From: Phoronis australis | Lineage: Eukaryota > Animalia > Phoronida | Direction: 5' to 3' | DNA length: 64,000 nucleotides | Assembly (NCBI GenBank): GCA_002633005.1 | Contig: NMRA01000924.1 | Location: forward strand, 34,206-98,205 | The notes under the pieces: generated by a model | The model's database searches: none | Seen by the model: the letters and a program-made list of their open reading frames with translations, nothing else | Told to the model about the DNA's origin: nothing | Part shown: positions 57,001-64,000 of the stretch, one piece after another | How positions within the stretch are numbered: the stretch's first letter is position 1 | How the letters are laid out: each line of letters begins with the position of its first letter | Program-made: the position numbers and the translations under genes

Positions 57001-60000
57001 TACAGAAAAATGAGTACGTTCTTGCATTTTTAAAATTAGTATAGTTCGGTAGCAGCCGTTTGTTAACACAAACTTCGTTGAAAACACGACTAAACTTTTT
57101 GTTGGTAAGCTTGATACAGAGTCGCTAGAACATGTAGTTTCGAAACGGTCTCCTGTCTTCATGTGTGCAGCTACGTAGAAAAACACTGAGAGACGTAACA
57201 AACAAACAAATTAAAGCACTGGCTATGTTTCGAAACTGCCTGACTCATCACCAGGCAATAAGTGGAATGAACATATGCGAAGCCAAATAAACAGTGAAAT
57301 ACACGTGACAGCAGGTAGAGGGGCATATGGGAGGGACAGAAAGTGTAAATGTAACACACGGTAAGGAGCCCACAAGCCTATCGAAACAGGGCCAACATGC
57401 GGAACACACCTGTGAGCTGCTCATTCAACACAGCTTTGTTGAGCCATTCTCAATGAATAGCGCCAATTCGACACCTAAGACACTCGATTTTCAAGTATTT
57501 TTACATGTGTATCTGGAGCTAACGTATTATTTTTTCTTAGTTTAACGTATGAATGATAAGTTTTGAACAATTTCCTCAGCTCAGCAAGTGCAGTTATAGA
57601 GTTATTTTGCTGTTTTCTTAGAGCAACTGGATAATTCATTTGAAAACTGAAAAACGCGTTCGTTGAGTAAATTTTCGCTCTAGCTTATTATCATTGACAA
57701 CAAGCAATTTTATTGAGCTATTTGATCAATCAGCATGCTTGGTAAAATCGAGAAAAACAACTCTTGGTATTTTCTATTTTCTTGTGTATTTTTCATGGAC
57801 ATACATGTATAAAAATAAAACTTTTGAACTAAATTTTAACATTTATAAAACACGTCGTTTGTTTATAACTGTGTTTTAAAAAACTGGTGCCGTGGTGTTT
57901 GCACTTGTCTTAATGCTCATTAGCGGCTATCGATCATTCAAAAATTGGTAGCCAATGTCCGGTAACTTGATGACTAAAAAATCGTTAAGTGAATTCAAAG
58001 ACGTCTCGTAAATGACACAACAGGTGGCGTAAGTGAGGGGCAAGAGATATTGTGACGTTAGGTTGTATTTAAGGATATTTCTTGTCACCTGTAAGAGTTT
58101 ATGTGAGTGATTACGTAATAAAAATAACAACAGATTATAATTCAAGCGTGTGTGTTGCAAGAAGGCACGTGGAGACATTTGTAACACAACTCACTTGTAC
58201 ATGTACAAGTACTGGTTAGTCCAAAAGTTTGCACTCGGTATTTTTACAACATACATGTATGCTATACAACTGTGCCTGACATCTAACACGTTACAAGCCA
58301 CGTCCCGTAAATGACGACTTAAGGTAATTCAAGCGCTGACAATTACTCTAAAGACTGTTAAGGTTAAGAACCTCTTAACGGCAACGTAAACTCGGCTTTA
58401 AACGTCATTAAGAGAAATCAAGGTACATGTACTCCAGCGATTCATCTGACGCCTTGAACGCTATGTAGCTTTCCCAGTAGGTGCGAGGTCCAGATTGAGC
58501 TTCAGTATGTCACCTTTCCGTAACCAAATCTTGTTTCCTTCGGCCACATACATGTAAACAATAAACTCATTTTACAGGCAAGTCGACAACATCTGTGTCC
58601 ACGACTTGTCCGAGATGTCGGCGCCCTTCATATTTACAAACAAAATCGCCTTGCTTCATTAATATTAAGTAATAATATTCGAAGAATACGCACGAGTCAC
58701 TGTTTGAGATAGTGGAAAATTAAATATTCAGTAATCATCCATTGTCAGTGACCACACATACCTGCCTGACACATTCAGATTTTGAAACATTGTTTTCGCC
58801 ACGACTTTACATGTATGTTGATTAAGTAGACATTATGATTTGGTTTTGAATCTTCAAACGTCGTGTAAATCGAGTCAGATATTTTGTAAATATAATGAGT
58901 TTCCTTCGACACGTCTGTTGTCAAGTTTCTTAGTGCCAGGGGTCTATTCTTTGAACTCGAAATCTAATTCGAAAATATTTTCGACCATTTTCCTTTCTGC
59001 GATAAAATTAAAAGTCTATAATTCTTTGCTCCCAAACGGATCCACACTTGGGTGAGTGTCTAATTCTAGTTTGCACTTGAAGGCTGTTGTCTGAACTCGA
59101 AATCTCGAGTTTTTACTCGAAATCTCGAATTTTTTCTGGAAATCTCGAGTTTTTACTCGATTTACTTGCAAAATCTGGCAATAACTGTAAGTAACTGTAA
59201 GTGCAAACGTGTTCTAGAATCTCAAACCATAAAATGCTCGCGCACAGAATAATAGGCACCTAATCTAAGCTCGCCCAAAAGTAGAGTTTTCAATATTAAC
59301 AAAAAACAACAAGATTTTCAAGTTCGAAAAAGTTTCGATGTCTCGATCATCATCATCATCATGAGACATCGAAGCACGTCGACTTTGAAAAATCTCGTTG
59401 TTTTTATTATTATTGTCACTTGGTTTTCTTCGTTGAGACTACTAAAGTTTTCGATTCAAAGACTAGACTCTGGACTGAGGTCTTCTCTACAGTAGTTCAG
59501 TAATATGTGTCCGTAAGGACCCTAACTCGCGATAAAGAACCCAACTTATTCCACTCCAAAGCAATTGAGTACATATGTAAGCAATATACGCCTGTGTCTG
59601 TCTGTAGGAACGATATCTTGCGGTAAAGAGTCCATTTTTTTTCTCCAAGAACATCTTTAAGAAATATACGTCTGTCTGTGATGGGACGCGTAGCTTAACT
59701 CGACCCTTCCGTGTTTACTGTTTTTCCCGTGGCGTGGCGTGGCGGTGTGATCTTTATGTAAGACGTCTGAGATGAACAGTTCGTTAACTTGGTATTTGGA
59801 CGGAAATAATTTGGATTATTTACCACGAGTTAGTGTTCCTACAGAGATATGCACTCATTTGGTTGGGATTGAAATGATTGAGCTCTTTACCGCGAGGTAG
59901 CGTTAGGTGGTAGTAGAGTTCATCGATTGACAACTCACTCAACCAACTAGATTGATACCGTGTATATTGTAAAACGATTATTACTTTAAATTACTTATTC

Positions 60001-60059
60001 TTATTAAAATGACATGGGCAAGAAATTGAATTGAATATTAATATGGGCTGTCTCACTTT

Positions 60060-60202
60060 CATGGGCGGCGCAGCACTGACAAAGGTGGGGGCCTAAAGCC
60101 CTCTCAGCCCCCCTGTAGTGCACCGCCTAAATACCATGTGCGGCGTAACACTGAAATAGTGGGGGTTATAGCCCCCCAGCCCCCTATGGTTCGCCGCCTA
60201 TG
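60060..60202. repeat. Two tandem copies of a ~70-bp GC-rich mini-element
   Basis: catgggcggcgcagcactga...cagccccc...ccgccta repeated as catgtgcggcgtaacactga...cagccccc...ccgcctatg. Confidence 0.55.
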
Positions 60203-60414
60203 ACTTTTCAGGCCCGACATGCGATTTCTTGTATACATGTACATGTACGGTGCGCCATTTTAAGAAGAATAAATCTGATGCTGCTGGAAAAATCTTGTGA
60301 GTTGGATGTATAAATGAATTAAAATAAGTAGTATATAATAATTGTTAAGAATCTAATATTTATTATTGTGCTGTTCTCTCATAGAAGCTAGAAGCTTATT
60401 ATAATTCTTCAAGA

Positions 60415-60884
60415 TCACCCGTTCCAAGCGCCGTAACTCCATTCAAGAGTCTATTAAATGCAAGCCGTTACATGATTGCAGCTCACTGTAATATATTACT
60501 ATAACACATTATACATTTACACCGTAACACTCTTCAACGAATCCTACATGCGTAATTACAGTGTGCTCCAGGATCAAGTCGATGCTAACTCTTGCTCCAA
60601 GATTTTCGCTTATATTCAGCTTCGAGACTAGCGGCAATCAGTATTTCGCACCGAATTTACAAAATGGCCGCCCCAAATGAAAGTACCGCTATCCCAGAAC
60701 TCTTAGGTCTCGCGACTTCAAACGTGTTCTCGTTGCTCAAAGAAAAGGTCGTCTCATTGTATGCTTGTTGAATAGTGATACAGTGTATAACATGTTGTAG
60801 TAATGTATTACAATGCCTTACAAGCATTAACGGTTTGCGTTTAATAGACTTTTGAACGGAGTTACTACGTTTGGAACGGGTGAG
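60415..60884. mobile_element. MITE with long TIRs (mariner-like)
   Basis: tcacccgttccaagcgccgtaactccattcaagagtctattaaatgcaagccgtta / taacggtttgcgtttaatagacttttgaacggagttactacgtttggaacgggtgag|TA. Confidence 0.8.
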
Positions 60885-61189
60885 TACGCAACCTCGTGGA
60901 AGAGAGAAGAACTATCGAGTAAAGCAGAAACTGGTTAAGAGCCGAACGCAATATTTCATGTTGCCGACAGCCGATGCAAAAGATTCCATCAAAATTTAGC
61001 AGCAGAATAACCGCAGAACTCCAATTGTCCCAACACCGATTACTGAATTATTTAGTTTACACAAGGTCGAGTTTACTTTTAATGACACTAATTTTGTGTC
61101 AGATATCATTTGGTCAACCTTTTATCGACATCGGAGCCGAAGCTGTATATTTAGTAGGCCTAAGCAGCGTTGCACCAAGACTAGAACAG

Positions 61190-61456
61190 GGGCCCGTTCC
61201 AAAAAACTGGGTTAAGTTAATTTTTTATTTAAGTCTACGATTTCTCTTAACATCCCACCTTTCTCTTAAAATCCCACCTTCGAAACTTTCACATCTGGTA
61301 AATTCATCAAAATTAAGACAAAACCTACCTCAAATACTTAAATCAAGCTTAAGATCTCTTTCTTGAAATGATTTTGAGACAAACTGAACTTTTATTTTAA
61401 AATTTAGTGAAATATAAGACTTGTATTAGCTAAGTCAGTTTTGTTGGAACGGGCCC
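61190..61456. mobile_element. PIF/Harbinger-type MITE
   Basis: CAG|gggcccgttccaaaaaactg ... cagttttgttggaacgggccc|CAG: TIR with 3-bp target duplication. Confidence 0.8.
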
Positions 61457-64000
61457 CAGATCTTGCTGTTCTTAGGAATTTGTCGCCAGTCCTTCCTTGC
61501 TGCGGGTGTACCCACACGACGGGAACGGCGAGGACGTTGTACAAATGTTTGCCACGCTTACGTTGCTGCACCACGCAACAGGGCATCATAGCCCAGAAAC
61601 CGATACGTCCAAGAAATTACACTCGGCTCTGTTGTTTTGAGCATTCGGGTAAATTTTTAGACATGATGGCAGATGACGTCATATGTACCACTGGCGCTAA
61701 ATGATTGAGAATATCTCTGAGGCGCTCGAACTATGGGCAGAATAATTCACATGTACGTCGCATTTCTGTGATATGTAAGAAACAAAAACAATATTTCATT
61801 CATTGTATTTTTTGTCAACGGGTGTATTGGTCGCTGGATGAGATTATCATTAATAGACTGAATCTTTGTCACATGACCACCTTTCAAGGTCTGGAAGTTT
61901 AATACTTTTTAAGAAAACTAATTACTTTCCAATTGCACCAATGAAATATTTACTGGAGACATTATCAGTTTGGTAATACCCATATATTCAACGCAACGTA
62001 CAATGTCCTGAGTGAAAGGTTACATAAATGGTTTTATAAACTTCTGTGACCGTCCACCCACGGCCTATTATGCCACGGCCAAGTTTTTGCCCTTTAGCGA
62101 TAAACATCAGTACCTACTGTACAAGCGGTGTTCATAAACGCGCTCACTAATTAGAACGTTAGTTTGTTGTGCGCAGATCTATTGTCTCTTGCCTACGGAC
62201 AGCATGTAAAATACTTTAGTGAAAGCGATCGTGATTCCCGATGGGTTGCAATCCTTCAAAGAGTGGGCCTCAAATAATTCCACTTAACAAGGTGAGTTCT
62301 AGCTGTAAGTCCAAGTAAATTGTTTTGGAGACTACGAAGTAGAGCAAGTCGTAATTTTACTGTGTTAAATCACGATCCAATTTGAATAAACCTCCTACCA
62401 CACTGCTTTATTCAGTTTTGTTTATGGAATGGTGTGAGGGAAGTTTGAAGTGGCCCCCACAACGTCAAACTGTAGGGAGGGATCAGTGACCAGCGTGATG
62501 AAAATTACAGTACTATTACGTTCTCTCACTCTTCTTTGTGTCCCTATCTCCTGTAAGGTGCGTCATTAGGTCGTATTACTTGTTTTCCCCACATGTCTAC
62601 ACCATCCCGCCTGAGATGGGTCGGTAGGTCGGACACTAACTATGCTACTCATCGTTGGGCCCACTTGTTGTGAATGTAATTCGTTTTTGATCATTTGAAA
62701 ACGTATTTTCCGTCCATGTTACATTTGCGTCTCACACATACATGTACGATCAGTCTCATGAGAAGGAGTAGAACCGAACTATTGAATGCGAACGTGTAAG
62801 TTTACTAAGTATTTCTTTTTATGATTATCTTGATTTTTCTCTTTTTTCTTGAGACTCGTATCAACTTCCAATATAGTTTTCACCAAGGTAATATTCCTGA
62901 CCAGTTTTTTTTGCAACCACCGCAAGTGGCGGCATGTGACATTTTTTACAGATCGAGAATATTAGCAGTACTGTCAAAGGTCAAACACCAAACTCCTATC
63001 CTCGAGCTGTTTAGCTCAACAGGATGGACCAGGAGGAAGAGAGTTCATTCACAGTTGGGTTGAAAACTTTATGTGAGAATTTCCTTAATTTAAGATCAAA
63101 TGCACATATGCGCTGTATAGTTGTGGATATATACAGAAGTTGTGATGTTCCATTTCCAAATTTGTGCGGTGTGTTATAGATAAAGTAAATGTTTTTCTTT
63201 TTGATTCCTACTTTTACATCCTTGCATAATTGTACTGAGAATGAGAACCAACGATGACCATGCGTTGTCATCATTACTGATTGTGTCGGTTACCAAGTAT
63301 TTGCGTGACGAATGTTTTCAACACAAACTTCATTTACCCGTGCACTAGCTTATACAGGTGTCAGTGTCACTGTGACCTCTGTCCACTTATTGTTCACATC
63401 GTCCACAGACGGGCCTGGCTCCTTTGTGTTTCCTATAGTTCTAAGGTCAAATATACAAAAACTTGTTGAATAAGCATCGCTCAAATGGTCAACCTTCAAA
63501 GTAAAATAAAGTAAGAATGAAGAGCTTTGTTAAGCCAAAAATAGCACACAGTCCAATTCGACAACAATATAAACATACAAAACGAGAGCTCTTTTACTTG
63601 TCTTGTTTCACGACTCAATTTTACCGTCACAAAAATTACAGTGCAAATCGAAACCTTCCTTGCTACGGGCCATTCTGTAAAAACTAAAGGGAAATTCCTC
63701 TTAAACAGTACACAACATGTCCTTAAGAAATGCAACTGATTTCAACTTAAATTTCACCATAATTCACAAATACGTATCCATATAGTGTCCCAATACCAGA
63801 CTATATACAGTGACCGGCACTCTACCAAAACTTGTAGCCGGCCGAGAACACGGATAAGTACATGTATACATGTATCGCCAGGTGTCGTGTCAGGGAAGGG
63901 CGGGCTCGAGGGGAACCCGTTCTGTCGAGGCAGGCGTTCTACACTACGAATCTACGAACATACGAATGGGTTTAGATACTTTATTCAACTGCTGTTATCT

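Noticed and set aside
55000-64000. Short ORFs (e.g. 56800..57201, 60974..61366) as genes
   Set aside because: No recognisable domains or consistent exon chain; several overlap MITEs.

Overview
Eukaryotic (animal, probably marine invertebrate - inferred from gene content, intron-rich structure and repeat landscape) AT-rich genomic DNA carrying two head-to-head spliced genes. (1) Minus strand, 15753 to <571: the first 10 coding exons of Integrator complex subunit 5 (INTS5), continuing off the left edge. (2) Plus strand, 21370-48945: a complete 22-exon pappalysin (PAPP-A-like metzincin; LamG, LNR1-2, HEIGHNLGLWH zinc site, CCP/sushi repeats, LNR3). My hand-assembled model is 4869 nt (1622 aa + stop), with all GT-AG introns phase-compatible. 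Exons 12-13 occur twice in a ~2.5 kb near-identical block joined by a single N, most likely an assembly (haplotype) artefact. Introns and intergenic DNA hold a 5'-truncated LINE with a nested tRNA-like insert, many MITEs, a possible solo LTR, and tandem repeats. The most striking unexplained signals: (a) about 45 copies of the palindrome TACATGTA, nearly absent from the CpG-depleted INTS5 body; (b) a CTCF-type motif at the boundary of that domain; (c) an apparently compensated cysteine swap that removes the inhibitor-binding cysteines of vertebrate PAPP-A; (d) an orphan ORF weakly resembling a Walker-A-dead RIG-I/Dicer-type helicase lobe. All of this was read by eye; no searches were run.
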